A stretch of DNA of 63,853 bases, the filler included, from Octopus bimaculoides (taxonomy: Eukaryota), in the NCBI RefSeq assembly GCF_001194135.2. It is 8 parts of 8 records of this genome, joined end to end, with 100 filler letters (N's around TTAATTAATTAA, not from the genome) between each part and the next. Parts side by side here need not be neighbours in the genome. Positions count along the whole stretch, not along the records: positions 44,294 to 59,737 come from NC_068994.1; positions 59,838 to 62,626 come from NC_068990.1; 6 more parts are not named here. One strand, given 5' to 3'. Every line of letters starts with the position of its first letter. The stretch's first letter is position 1. Both the position numbers and the translations under genes were made by a program. Positions 49,101 through 61,452 of the stretch are shown piece by piece. Below the pieces are notes generated by a model. That model worked only from the letters and a program-made list of their open reading frames with translations, did not search any database and had not been told where the DNA came from.

Positions 49101-50710
49101 CCATCCGGATTGGTCAAAGACTGAATTGTGGCTTTGTTGACACGTGGCACCTTTGCCGGCACCATTTCCAGGGCCTATCTAATGACTTTAGTTCCCTCAT
49201 GTCTTAGTGCACGTACCCTGGTTCTGACAATGCAACCTTCATGAAGAATTGATCAAGGGCCAATTTCGCCGCGTGTACGTCTGTATATAGCTTTCCAAAA
49301 TACTTCTTTGAGATTTCTAACTAGCTGTCCCTCTATTCTAAAATGTTCTGTCACCATTTCCTGACTAAACCATATCGGTTTATAAACCTTATCGATTCAT
49401 AATCTCAATCAGTTGCCGACGGTCACTCCCGTCAACTCCCTCTTAACTAATTCTATAATCCTGTCTCCGTAAACTTGACACGCCGAAAAAATGCGTTCAG
49501 TTTCCAGTAACTGGGTCCCTGTCTAGCAGCTCATCAAGGTCGACCGTACAGATCACAAATTTGTGACCCGTGTAACCGACAACTTCGAAATGTGGACATT
49601 TTATGCTAACCGTATCTACTGGCCTACAGAATACTCTGTCTAGAATATTCTGTATGATTCGATGCTGTTTGCCCAAGTTCACAGTGGTGCATTCGCAAAA
49701 TCAAGTCGATACCTCTCCGACAGTTGGAAACGTTTGTGCACGTTTATAAATCTTTTGCAATCCAATAATGTTTCGCGTTCTCTCAACATAATGTATTCCA
49801 ATATCCATCAGTAGTTTAGCTCTGATAGGACTCTTTGTGTTGTTATTTTTACTGCCCTTCTTCCCAAACAAACGGGAAATATAGTGAAGTTCTCGTGTCG
49901 GACGAGTGACCACTGTATGTTGTACTCCGAGAATCTCAGCCTTAAATAGGACCGCGGTTCCACCGAACTGCGTTGCTCTCGATATACCCGATATATTGCC
50001 ATGCATCGCGAAGGGCTTTTTCTATCTGTACATTCGTGGCCATCTCTAGGTGACGGTTAAACTCACGAAGCGAATTTTATCACTGTTTCTAGCGATATAT
50101 AACTGTCATCTTAGCTAGGGTTTCAGGATGAAACGCAAGCTCGGCTTTTCTCCCTCTCAATTTTCCTAAATCGAGGGTGTTTTCTAATTTTTCACCATTC
50201 ACCTTCTAGGATAAACCATATAATTCCCTTGTGAAGAGTACTCCATCTAAAGAAACCTCTGTAGTAACTTCATGCTGGCATGGCATGGATTCTATCCTCG
50301 ATAACCAACTTTCACTTAACAGTTCAACAGCACTTTTCTCACGGTAAAACAATAGTTTTTCTGTGAGTGACAGCAGTTACATTTGCCAGATGCCTTCGCT
50401 AAGCAGAGTAAAATCTTTGCCACTTGATCCTTCTAACCTCTTCTAGGCCACCAAAAGCTAGAATAGAGATAACAGACCGCCAACGAAATCTGTTGTTCTC
50501 AACAATATGTCGATCCTTCTGGCTGGTTTTGGATAGTTATGAAAACAAGACCTCCGTAAGCCAAAGTCAATTAATGAGAATCGAGTCTGGCTGACCGGAT
50601 GAACAAAACGCCGTCCCTGAAGGAAAAGGCACAAAGGGACAACTACGGTAACTCACCAACGAAGCAGTTGTTTCGTCCCACCACTCTCACTTTCACTAAC
50701 ACACTCTTTT
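46196..50710 (-). mobile_element. Near-full-length decayed L1/Tx1-clade LINE
   Basis: APE start KIRFVSL (~50085); LDRVFCR...GYTGHKFV...YWKL (~49500-49650); RT region VTLLRNDPNK...CIPNRSIHD..HL.RYIIE (48541-48771); C-terminal PVRDKLYKY..SRACPRC..DETV (46475-46816). Many stops and frameshifts. Confidence 0.85.
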
Positions 50711-50965
50711 CTCTGAAACATTACTATATCTCTCTGTATACTACTATGAGACCGTGTACGCACACATACAGGCCGAAATTAACTTTCTTTACCTTGCATG
50801 CTTTATGAACTGTGTTATACTATTACACTTGCCTACCCGTCGTGGTATGGCATATATTAAAGTAACAGTAAATAAATATTTCTTTACAACTTCGTTCATT
50901 GTTCTTCGTTCATCTTTCACATCTTACAGCATGCCGTTACAATAACAACAACCGTTACAATTAGC

Positions 50966-51030
50966 GACCCCCGAAGTGATTCGAACACGCAGCCTTCTAT
51001 TGCGACAAGAGCCGTTACATTCCGTTACAA
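50966..51030 (-). pseudogene. tRNA-Trp-like relic (3' half)
   Basis: GAAGGCTGCGTGTTCGAATCACTTCGGGGGTC resembles the metazoan tRNA-Trp T-arm and acceptor end. The 5' half is degraded. Confidence 0.45.
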
Positions 51031-51569
51031 ATGCAACAACGAATACCTCTATCGTTACACCTCGCTATTGTTGGTGTTGTTGTTGCCGCTGGTGGTCTTG
51101 CTACTGCTACTTCTGCTCCTATAGTTACCTTATCTTTGCCACTTCTGCTGAGGGGAGAGATCAAATCGATTGCATCGACCCCAGTACTTGACTAGTTCTT
51201 TATTTTCTCGATACTCAGGGAATGAAAGGCAAAACTGACAGCTGCATAAGTCGAAGAAGTACCACAAAATATTTTGTTTGACGCTAATGATTAGCAAATG
51301 TTCAAATGTTCCCACAACTTTTTATAAATACTTAAACTTTGATTATTTTCCTTTATAGAAGCAGAGACCGCCGTTCTATTTCCGCTATTGATTTCAGTTG
51401 TCTCAACTACAGAATTTCATTAAAAACCAACAGAATAATTGTCTCCAGTCACTGTCATAAAATTCCTTTACATCAACAAATTCATTAGCCCAAGGACCTA
51501 CACTACAAGGTACAAATGTAGGTACATGGTCAACATGTAAGGGATGACCTAGGGTTAAATAATAGCAGT

Positions 51570-51610
<41 letters not shown>

Positions 51611-53369
51611 CAACAACAACAGCAGCAACTTCAATAACAGGCATACAGGAAAAGACTGGATTGCAGAGGAATTCCAAGACTACAATATTTTACTCAATAC
51701 GATTTTTCACGGTATGTTTAAGAACGTCGTGTCATTCTCAATTGGATCAGAGCAATGTACGTCTGGTGAACAAATATAGTGTAGATCGCACCATATCAGC
51801 CGACTGGTCACCCTTATATGGCATTTGTTTGTTGTATCGGGAATATAATAATAATATGAACAACTAAATAGCATATACTTCCATATATCCCCTACAATTG
51901 CACATCTCTTTAACACTTACTGAACTTTTCCAGTCATTCTGTTTTCCACTTCAAATTTGGTTAATGTCGATGATATTATTCAAATTTCATTGATACTAAT
52001 CAAATTTCGTCGATACTAAACAAATTTGATCACTCGCCCAAATAATTTTATTCTGATTTCAATGCCCAAAATTTTCTCTGGATTTCCTCTCCTTCGCAAT
52101 CACATAAAATTCGAACTATTTCCCCCGTCTTCCCTTGATAATTATTTCCTTTATTATTATTTTGGACCGCTCATCTCAAATCCTTAACACATTTCGCATC
52201 AGTTGCCTAGTTAGAGTGTGTGCCACTCGAGTAGCCCTTGAATTTTCCGCCCCTCTTTGGGTCCTTAAGCCTACACAGATTTATACAGCCGACCCAAAAG
52301 TACCGCTCCCACCATAAAAACATCGCCCTAAAAACTAACCCTAACCCTAAACCTCTCAGCTAAGCTACTGTTTTACATCGTCCTCATTTATAACTCTTAT
52401 TTTTACCCCTTCTCCCTCTCACCTCCGCACCCATTGCTGCTTTAGTCACTGTCTTCATGTTTCCATCACTCAATAGCCAACCGTCTGCTACTCTAATATT
52501 TTGCTTATTCAAATATGTTCATCAGTCGGACTTTAAGGTAGGTTATTCTCAAAATAAATCTACGTTTTGTTACACTCACCCTGAAGAGCCAACTATAACA
52601 GTTGTTGTCTTTTTGCCTCAGGTCAATCCTGATCGAGTAACCGTAACCATCACGTCTTTATACGGGTAGGTCTAGGAATTACATTGTCTATTGTGGCTTT
52701 TCTTTATTTGATATGATAAAAATGTGATTTAAAGGAGATAGGGCTATGTGTACTTGATCGAATAAGTAATCCAATGAACGCAAACCCGGCTGCTATTGAC
52801 AATACTAGTGAATGTTTTATTCACTGTTTCCAGTGTATCCGAGGCAATAACTCTCGTCCAAGCATGTAGCTGACTGCGAGTACACATCAGTGACAAGGCC
52901 CAAGAAGGCCGAAATGCATCTGGCATTCTTGCAAGATGCTGCCAGGACGATTTTTCCGCCTCTCTACAATATATATTGTATTTTTAAACTCAGCACATCT
53001 TTAAAAATTTTTATCTTGGACGAAAACCGCAGTAGTTTGCCTGTCAACGGGTGTATATACATCAAATATAACATACTGATGGCTATTGAAATATCTACAT
53101 TCATTTATCGAACTAATTAGAATGGAGAGATTTTCAGTTGATCATTACCTTCAAAAACACCTTAAAACATTGTGATGTCATAGATTATGCTACTCTTCAT
53201 ACCTTCCCACTATCCATACTTTTCCTTCCTCCTCACTTTTATTTAAACCCAGCTCCACTTACACTCTCCCAGCACTCCGGTCTCTACTCTGTCTGTCTGC
53301 ATCTCTCTCTCTCTCTTTCTCACTTTCTCTCTTCACACACCTTCATCACCATCATCTTTTCTTTAATCT

Positions 53370-54200
53370 ACGCCACATTTCTTGTAGACGTCGACTCCAA
53401 TTCACTTCAGGCTGTGCGAAATGACATTGTGCGCGCAAATGTTCTGTGTCCTGCATAAATTCACGGACATGTACCATGTGGGTTTGACTATCAGGATCGA
53501 ACGACCCCACGGGGTTTAAAAAAAAAACCTTCAGTAACGGGCTGATTTGTTCGACGAAAACAGTGGCCTGCGAATTTTAGCCGTCTTTGATTATCTGTGT
53601 TTGAGTATTTGGCTGACGGGCGTTAAAGATCCATATAGTGACTTGTTTGATATATGGTCGACTAAGAGATGTTAAAGGCCATGACAGAAGTCGAATGTAT
53701 GTGCCATCTAGTGAGCACTGTTGTGCCACCGTAAGAGGCCAGTATTCAGAGCCGTAGAAGCGAACAGATTCTACTGTAGCGCGAAACAGTCATAGTTTTA
53801 AGTCAGTGACAGTTGTGGTGCTTTCCAAACTTGCCATAACTTATTGGATGCTGACCATTTTATCGCTTTACGAATGTTAACATCTGTACTGGTAGAGCGA
53901 ATACGAGAATTTAGGTAACAGAAATCGGCAACTGATTCAATGGGCCTTGAAGAAAGTGTTAGGTCATCCACACTAGTATTTTCACTAATGATTATGATCT
54001 TTGTCTTTGAGTGGTTTATTGAGAGACCAACTTCAATGGCAGCTAAAGGTCTGTGAGGAGAGTTTGAGCATTTGTGATTGTATGTGAGACGAGTACGATG
54101 TCATTTTGGAAGTCGAGGTCGGTGAGGCATGATCCTGGACGACGTGAACCTTGGCGGGGACAGACAGTTATGCCTAGCTCAGATACCATAACGTGTCGTA
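53370..54200 (-). mobile_element. Decayed RTE-clade LINE (RT C-terminal half)
   Basis: LTDLDFQNDIVLVS...VGLSINHSKTK...DFCYLNSRI...NKLWQVWK...LYGSLTPVSQIL...FAGHCFR. Confidence 0.8.
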
Positions 54201-54316
54201 GTACCTAATCAAAGACTATAAAGAAAAGGAAAGGAGCTAAGGTATCCCCTTGGAGAAATTTTGTGTTGAATACGAATGTATCGGTGTCTCTTTCAGGGGT
54301 GCATACGAAACTTTTG

Positions 54317-54317
<1 letters not shown>

Positions 54318-54354
<37 letters not shown>

Positions 54355-54655
54355 GCAACATCATCATTGTCCTCCTCCTCCTTGTCCTCCTCGTCCTCCT
54401 CGTCCTCCTCGTCGTCGTCGTCCTCCTCCTTCCTCGTCCTCCTCGTCGTCGTCGTCCTCCTCCTTCCTCGTCCTCCTCGTCGTCGTCGTCCTCCTCCTTC
54501 CTCGTCCTCCTCGTCGTCGTCGTCCTCCTCGTTGTCGTCGTCCTCCTCCTTCCTCGTCCTCCTTGTCCTCGTCCTCCTCCTTCCTCCCTCGTCCTCCTCC
54601 TCGTCCTCCTCCTCCTCGTCCTCCTCCCTCGTCCTCCTCCTCCTCCTCCTCTGTG
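54318..54655. repeat. (CAT)n plus (TCC/TCG)n compound repeat
   Basis: Direct inspection. Confidence 0.9.
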
Positions 54656-54949
54656 TTGCTGTTTCACTTTATAGAAATAGAAGCTAAATCCCTCAAATCA
54701 CATACCACCGACTTAAAAAGGAAGGACGTTCTATAATGTCAACTTAGATACAACTAAAGACGAGATGGTTACAGTCGAAAGATTTCGCTCATAGGTCTAC
54801 GTAATCAGAGTTGACCTGGAGTTAAACAACAACAACAACAACAACAACAGCAGCAGCAGCATCAAACACGGACATTTATCACTGCTAAAGATCCCTTTGT
54901 ATAGTGAAATCGTTGTGACAATCTCTAGTTTATCTTGGTGGTACAAATA

Positions 54950-55143
54950 TTGGTTTCAAATTTTGGTTCAAAGCTAGCAAGTTCGAAGATGGGTGTAAGT
55001 CGATTACATTGACCCCAATGTATATCGATCCCAAAAGGTTGAAAGGCAAAAATCGACCCCGGCGAAATTTGAAGTAAAGACGGGCGAAATACCGCTAAGC
55101 ATTTTGCCCGGCGTGCTAACGATTCTGTCAGCTCGCCGCCTTA
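54950..55143 (-). mobile_element. SINE family B
   Basis: Reverse complement of head, core and tail. Confidence 0.8.
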
Positions 55144-55247
55144 AGCTGTAAGTAAATATTGATTTTATAACTTCCATCTAATCCAATTCCTAAAAAGTGG
55201 AAACCTCCACCTCCCGATTATTTCCACTTTTTAAACTTCATATAGAC

Positions 55248-55515
55248 ATAGGTATGGCTGTGTAGTTATGAAGCTCGCTTTTCAAGCACATGGTTTCGGG
55301 TTCAGTCTCACTACACAACACCTTAGGCAACTGTCTTCTAAAATAACCACGGGTCGACTTATGCCTTGTCAGTAAANNNNNNNNNNNNNNNNNNNNNNNN
55401 NNNNNNNNNNNNNNNNNNNNNNNNNNNNNNNNNNNNNNNNNNNNNNNNNNNNNNNNNNNNNNNNNNNNNNNNNNNNNNNNNNNNNNNNNNNNNNNNNNNN
55501 NNNNNNNNNNNNNNN

Positions 55516-55553
<38 letters not shown>

Positions 55554-56109
55554 TCTTTGGTCGCGATGCTTTCACAGTTTCCCTTAACTCTCTGTCACCA
55601 TCCAACTCAATTATTACAAATTTGAATTTGAAGCTTGAGTCATAGAGTATCTTTCATTAGCTGATTACACAACCGTGGACGTCTTCCCTATGGATGCGTT
55701 GCAGTTAATCTCTTGATAGAGTTTGGTAATCCTGACCGTTGACATTCTAGGATTCCTTCACTTAGCATCAACTGTCGGCTCAGTTGAACTCTTCCGCTAC
55801 CTCTTCACAATCTGCCATGCTGCAATCCCATGACTTCTCTGTATCCCTGGCAAGATGGCTGAACGAGTGCTATACTATTGCAGGGCACAATCGTCACTCC
55901 GCGAAGTATTTTCAAAATACCCGCAGCCAGCTGGAAACGATGTTTGCTGGTGCTAAACAACTGTAACAATCGTCCCAACCAGGACAGTTACAATATGTTG
56001 GCAAATAGTCTTTACTTTAAAGAACTGTTACTGAATATCTCTCTTTGAGAGATTTAGAAATAATGTTTCTATTTATTAGATCAGTGGCTGTATGTCACTT
56101 TGAAAATTT

Positions 56110-56144
<35 letters not shown>

Positions 56145-56522
56145 NNNNNNNNNNNNNNNNNNNNNNNNNNNNNNNNNNNNNNNNNNNNNNNNNNNNNNNN
56201 NNNNNNNNNNNNNNNNNNNNNNNNNNNNNNNNNNNNNNNNNNNNNNNNNNNNNNNNNNNNNNNNNNNNNNNNNNNNNNNNNNNNNNNNNNNNNNNNNNNN
56301 NNNNNNNNNNNNNNNNATTATATATATATATGCCTACTCACACCGCTTGACAACCGGCGTTGATTTGTTTACGTCCCTGTAACTTAGCGGTTCGGTACAA
56401 CAAACCAATAGAATAAATACCAGACTTCAAAAAAGTACTGAGGTTGATTTGTTCGACTAAATCCTACGAGGTGGTGCCCCAGCATGACGGCAGTCGACTG
56501 ACTGAAACAAGTGAAAGATAAA
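55248..56522 (+). mobile_element. SINE family A fragments (head 55248-55376; tail 56331-56522)
   Basis: Homology to other copies. The two parts are separated by gaps and unique sequence and are probably different insertions. Confidence 0.6.
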
Positions 56523-56844
56523 CAATAGGTAGTCAATATTCCTATCGCTAAACTGATCCTTTTTACTGGCTACTGCACTTTCTTTGGTTCTGACTGCAGC
56601 TTTTGTGTGACTGGTAATTCATAGGAAATGTAGAAGCTTTGAGCAAGGCATAAAGGAACCTCTCGCTTCACGGAAGCAATGCATGCGTGAAAACGAGGCC
56701 GTAACGGGAAATCCCATAATGCGAAATTAATCTTTCTATTGATTTTAATGTTATCAAGTAATATTGTGTTCTTATAGACTTTAAAAAAAGCACAAGAAAA
56801 CAACAGAATAAGCAGTACGATCACCTTTATACGGGAAAATAATG

Positions 56845-57558
56845 TTGTTGTGTAGCAAGAAGCTTGCTTCCCAACCACATGTTTTTGGTTCAGTCCCACT
56901 GCAAGTGTCTTCTACTATAGTTCGCGCCGACCATAGCCTTGTGAGTGGATTTGGTAGGCGGAAACTGAAAGGAGCCCTTGAATTTGTGTTGCAAGATTCC
57001 TGATGTGAAACCGTGTGTTGAAACAGATATTGTTATATTTCGGGACGGTCATTTTTTTTTTTTTGGCCAAATAAACACACGCACTATATATTCATTCTTC
57101 ACTCGTTTATTATTGTTCTTATTTCATTTTAATGTTCATTGTCCGGAAATCTTACGTTACACATGACCTCTTCAGTGACCCTTTCCATCCTCGCGTATCC
57201 TCCTGCTCCGCTTAATACATACATGCATACATACATACATACACACACACACACATACATACATACATACATACATACATACACACACACATACATACAT
57301 ACATACATACATACATACATACGTACATATATGTGTGTGTGTGTGTCTTCGTGTCCGTGTTTGTCCTACACCACCGTTTGACAACCGCTGTTGGTGTGTT
57401 TATGTGTCCATAACTTTTCGGTTTGGCAACAGAACCGAAAGAATAAGTACCAGGCTTAAAATATATAAGTACTGGAGTCGATTCACTCGACTAAATAAAA
57501 TTCTTCAAAGCGGTGCCTCAGCATGGCCGCAGTCTAATAACAGAAACAAGTAAAAGAT
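56845..57558 (+). mobile_element. SINE family A interrupted by a ~240-bp insert and an expanded (TACA)n
   Basis: Head 56845-56975, tail 57340-57558. Confidence 0.7.
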
Positions 57559-57719
57559 ACATTGCAGTACAACACATAAAAACGTAGAATCATTTCAATA
57601 GGAATATATTAGGGAATTAATAAGATTTGTAATATTGAAAGAGTACGTTCTTACTACAATAGATATTGACTACTGTGTAAGGGTGGTTGTGGTTGTGGAA
57701 TGAACTAGGAGGATGAGGG

Positions 57720-59000
57720 ACAATATTTACTATTTTATAGTTCATTATCACGAACATCAGCTTGAGAGGTGGAGAACTTATCCAAACTTGTTTGTTGTTG
57801 TATATGGCGTATTATCTCTTTGTACAGTTACTAGCAATTTAATAACATCATCCTCTAAGGCTTCTTCAAATCCTACATCCATTGCAAGTTGCACAATGTT
57901 TTTCTGAATTTGATGTAGACTTTCTACTTGAGGAAAACTTTTAATGTCATGGATACTGTCTCGCCATATATTTTTCCAAGCGCTATTCAAAGTTGACGGT
58001 TTCACTTCATTCCAAGACTCACCTTTATTATCCACAGTATCCATATGTTGAAATTCTTTCGGAAATCTCTAACTGTTGGTTTATCCTCCTGTCAATTGCT
58101 TTCATAAGTTGTTTGAAAGTTCTCATATAATATGCCTTGAAATTTGCTATCACACCTCGATCCATTGGCTGGAGCAAAGAATTTGTATTTCTGGGGATAT
58201 TTTCCACTTTCACATAATCAGAAAGATCATCTAAGGACCTGGGTTGCTCGGTGCATTGTCTAAAAGAAGCAATGCTTTGGTGGAAATATTTTGTCTGACA
58301 CTATACCGTTCTACAGCAAGACAAAAACGTTTGTGAGCCACACCACGAAAAGGTTCTTAGTCAGCCATTCCTTCTTTTAAAATCCTGATGTTGATTATTC
58401 TTTTCGAGAAATGAAAGCTGTAGCAGGCATTCGCTTTCAGAAAGTGTAGTTTTATCAATATTGTATACTTACTCTGGTGGGTATCCCCCTTGAGCAACCA
58501 TTTTCTTCAATTGCTCAGGATAATTAGTAGCAGCCTCTGTATCAGCGCTGGCCGTTTCACCAGTCATTTTTATGTAGTCCAAATTCATGCGCTTATTAAA
58601 CCTATTTAAAACCAGCCTTTACTAGCACAAAAGGGTTTTAAATTAGAAGTTTCACTTTCCCTTTTCTGCAAATCGTCCTATAAACTTTGGCTTTTCAAAG
58701 AATTACCATCGTGTTCATCGGCGTATCACGTCGATTCTGATCCTTGATCCATACTCTTAAGAGTTGTTCCATTTTAACAGAGTAGCTTCTTTAGAATTTG
58801 ACATGATTTTCTTTCCGTTGTTACATGTTGTTCCCACTGTAGATGCTGCAAGGTTTAATATTTTGGCAATATAATTCAATTTTTCTCCTGCATCAAGTCT
58901 TTAAAATATCAAGTTTAATATCCAACGTAATCTCTTTACGGCTCCTATTTTTTGTACTACTACTTTCATGTCTACTTGATAGCTTCTTAAAATTGAAGGT
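57720..59000 (-). mobile_element. Decayed pogo/Tigger transposase
   Basis: ITLDIKLDIL (N-terminal HTH); GYPPE*VYN.D; KALLLLDNAPS; PRNTNSLLQPMDRGVIANFKAYY; SWNEVKPSTLNSAWKNIW (DDE_1-like). Confidence 0.85.
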
Positions 59001-59278
59001 AAATCAAATAGCAGCACCGATTAATTATCCACAGCAAATATGTAACAAAAAAAAAAAAAATGGCTCACGAATGATATGTTCTGCGGGAGCGGAAAATTGT
59101 CTTATTCTTATGGATGAAATAATGAAAATGAGTTGAAAAGGTGAAGGACTGAAGAAGGAAAAGTACTATATGATTGCAGTTAGCTGAAGAGTCACCGGAT
59201 TTTTTGACAATTCGCCCCTCGCACTTCTGATTTAAGATATAAACGTGCGCGCGCGCGCGCACACNNNNNNNNNNNNNN

Positions 59279-59320
<42 letters not shown>

Positions 59321-59685
59321 AGCGTATATGCTGATAACTGTTGTAGCCAGTTGGATTCAAAAGTTGGTGGGTTGATAGTGGTGAAGATGTGGATTTAGAT
59401 GTTAGTGATGGTGGGCGAGCATTGTTGGTGGTGTAGTGGTCATATTGTTCTTGCTGATAGTATCGTTGTTGTTGTCTAGCCTCAGATTAATCCTCATTGA
59501 CCTAAGATCAACGATATCTCATTCAACTTTTAAATACACAAGGGTATCACATTATATGTTTTTCTTTGAAATAAGTTTGCTTATCTTCTTCATACTATAT
59601 ACTCCAATTACTGTTGGTATGGATGATAGAAACAAATACACATACATACCTACATACATACCTACATACACACTCATATATGTAT

Positions 59686-59737
<52 letters not shown>

Positions 59738-59879
59738 NNNNNNNNNNNNNNNNNNNNNNNNNNNNNNNNNNNNNNNNNNNNTTAATTAATTAANNNNNNN
59801 NNNNNNNNNNNNNNNNNNNNNNNNNNNNNNNNNNNNNTTGTATTATATTTTGTTCATATTGTTATTGGTTTATGGGGAA

Positions 59880-60175
59880 CGTATTGTCATATGTTGTGGT
59901 TTGTGGTTTGTTAGGGGTGTGTGTTAGTGTTCCATTCTAGTTTCCTATTCAGGCTAGGATTATCTTCTATTATGTGTGTAGCTTCTGTAATTTGTCTAAG
60001 TGCTGCGTCTCTGCTATGTGTGGATAAGATTTTAATTTCCATGTTGTTGAGTGAGCCTCCATGTTCTTGCTCAGCGTGCTGGTACAGAACTGATGAGCTC
60101 TTCCCTTCCTTAAGTTCCATCCAGAACGTAAGCGAGCAAGACAAATGAAAAGATACAAAATATAAAGATTAACCA
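59880..60175 (-). mobile_element. Penelope-like GIY-YIG C-terminal fragment
   Basis: SVLYQHAEQEHGG...IKILSTHSRDAALRQITEATHIIEDNPSLNRKLEW. Confidence 0.75.
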
Positions 60176-60240
60176 CAAACCCCTTTCGTTGTTACCACTT
60201 ACGTAATTATGTAATTGTCCGCAACTCTTCAGTGTGATCG
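60176..60240 (-). ncRNA. Degenerate type I hammerhead motif
   Basis: GATCACA-CTGAAGA-GTTG...CAAC-GAAA-GGG-GTT^TGTGGTT. Helix I has 7 bp (2 wobble) and helix II 4 bp. The helix III pair 15.2-16.2 is broken. Confidence 0.4.
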
Positions 60241-60731
60241 TCATAGCAATATAATTTGCAGAACTATATACGAGACGTCCGCATGAGATTAAACATGTAT
60301 ATAGTTCTACCAATTACATTTGGGGCTATATTTCTAAAGTCTTCGTTTTGGCGCGCCAAATACTGGAAATAAATCTGCAGAAAATAATTCTCTGCAGTGA
60401 ATTTTGCCGGTTAGAGAACATGGTTATTTAAATTTATGTAATTGCGTAATTATCCACAACTCTTCAGTGTGATCGTCATAGCAATATAATTTGCAGAACT
60501 ATATACGAGACGTCCGCATGAGATTAAACATGTATATAGTTCTACCAATTACATTTGGGGCTATATTTCTAAAGTCTTCGTTTTGGCGCGCCAAATACTG
60601 GAAATAAATCTGCAGAAAATAATTCTCTGCAGTGAATTTTGCCGGTTAGAGAACATGGTTATTTAAATTTATGTAATTGCGTAATTATCCACAACTCTTC
60701 AGTGTGATCGTCATAGCAATATAATTTGCAG
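60203..60731. repeat. 235-bp tandem array (at least 2.2 units, runs into gap)
   Basis: CAACTCTTCAGTGTGATCG recurs at 60222, 60457 and 60692, and the units are near-identical. Confidence 0.9.
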
Positions 60732-60984
60732 NNNNNNNNNNNNNNNNNNNNNNNNNNNNNNNNNNNNNNNNNNNNNNNNNNNNNNNNNNNNNNNNNNNNN
60801 NNNNNNNNNNNNNNNNNNNNNNNNNNNNNNNNNNNNNNNNNNNNNNNNNNNNNNNNNNNNNNNNNNNNNNNNNNNNNNNNNNNNNNNNNNNNNNNNNNNN
60901 NNNNNNNNNNNNNNNNCATACACACAGAAGCTGTAACAACAAGAACTAAAGATGTATATATTTACCACCTGAATAAATGTTGTT

Positions 60985-61200
60985 TAAGTTGATAGTCTGG
61001 AGTTCAGCGTTCCGTTATATTCTAATTCTATAGTAGGAAAGACAGGTATACATCTAATGATGTATAACCCACTTTACTATACTTGTGACCCCCGACGTGA
61101 TTCGATCACGCAGCCCGCTGAGCTGCAATAATCCACTTTCTACTAAAGTGGTGACCCCGACGAAGAAAAAACGCGGCATGAATTCTGGACTACCAACTTA
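60985..61200. other. tRNA-Trp-like relic (61086-61146, minus) inside 21-bp imperfect inverted repeats
   Basis: GGCTGCGTGATCGAATCACGTCGGGGGTCA. Flanking 60985-61005 and 61180-61200 match 17/21 as inverted repeats. Confidence 0.4.
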
Positions 61201-61452
61201 TAACTGGTGAACCCGACTAAAGAACAAATACGGCCATGGAGACCGAACTACGCTCGACATCTCCAACCATAGTCAACACGACTCAACAAGGGCGGTTTTT
61301 ATTCTCGCCTCTGTTAGAGTGGATTTTTCCACTCACGAAAAACAGACATGAATTACGGCCTGCTTTTTGTTGTGTTCTTGTGTGTCGCATTCACACTCTC
61401 ACATATACATACATATTTTATGCCACACAATAACTCTTGTTATTCATTTCAT

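Noticed and set aside
52325-52355. CTAACCCTAACCCTAAACC telomere-like repeats
   Set aside because: Only 2-3 units inside a dispersed repeat. Not an interstitial telomere array.
52887-52923. GTGACAA-GGCC(CAAGAA)GGCC-GAAAT-GC-ATC minimal hammerhead-like relic
   Set aside because: Helix II and the palindromic helix III fit, but the core has two substitutions (C3, G8) and helix I is 3 bp. At best a dead relic.
55600-56000. Possible RT fragment (VELFRYLF)
   Set aside because: A single short motif with no further collinear RT motifs recognisable.
60203-60731. CRISPR-like interpretation of the 235-bp array or the 23092 minisatellite
   Set aside because: No unique spacers, no cas genes, and a eukaryotic context.
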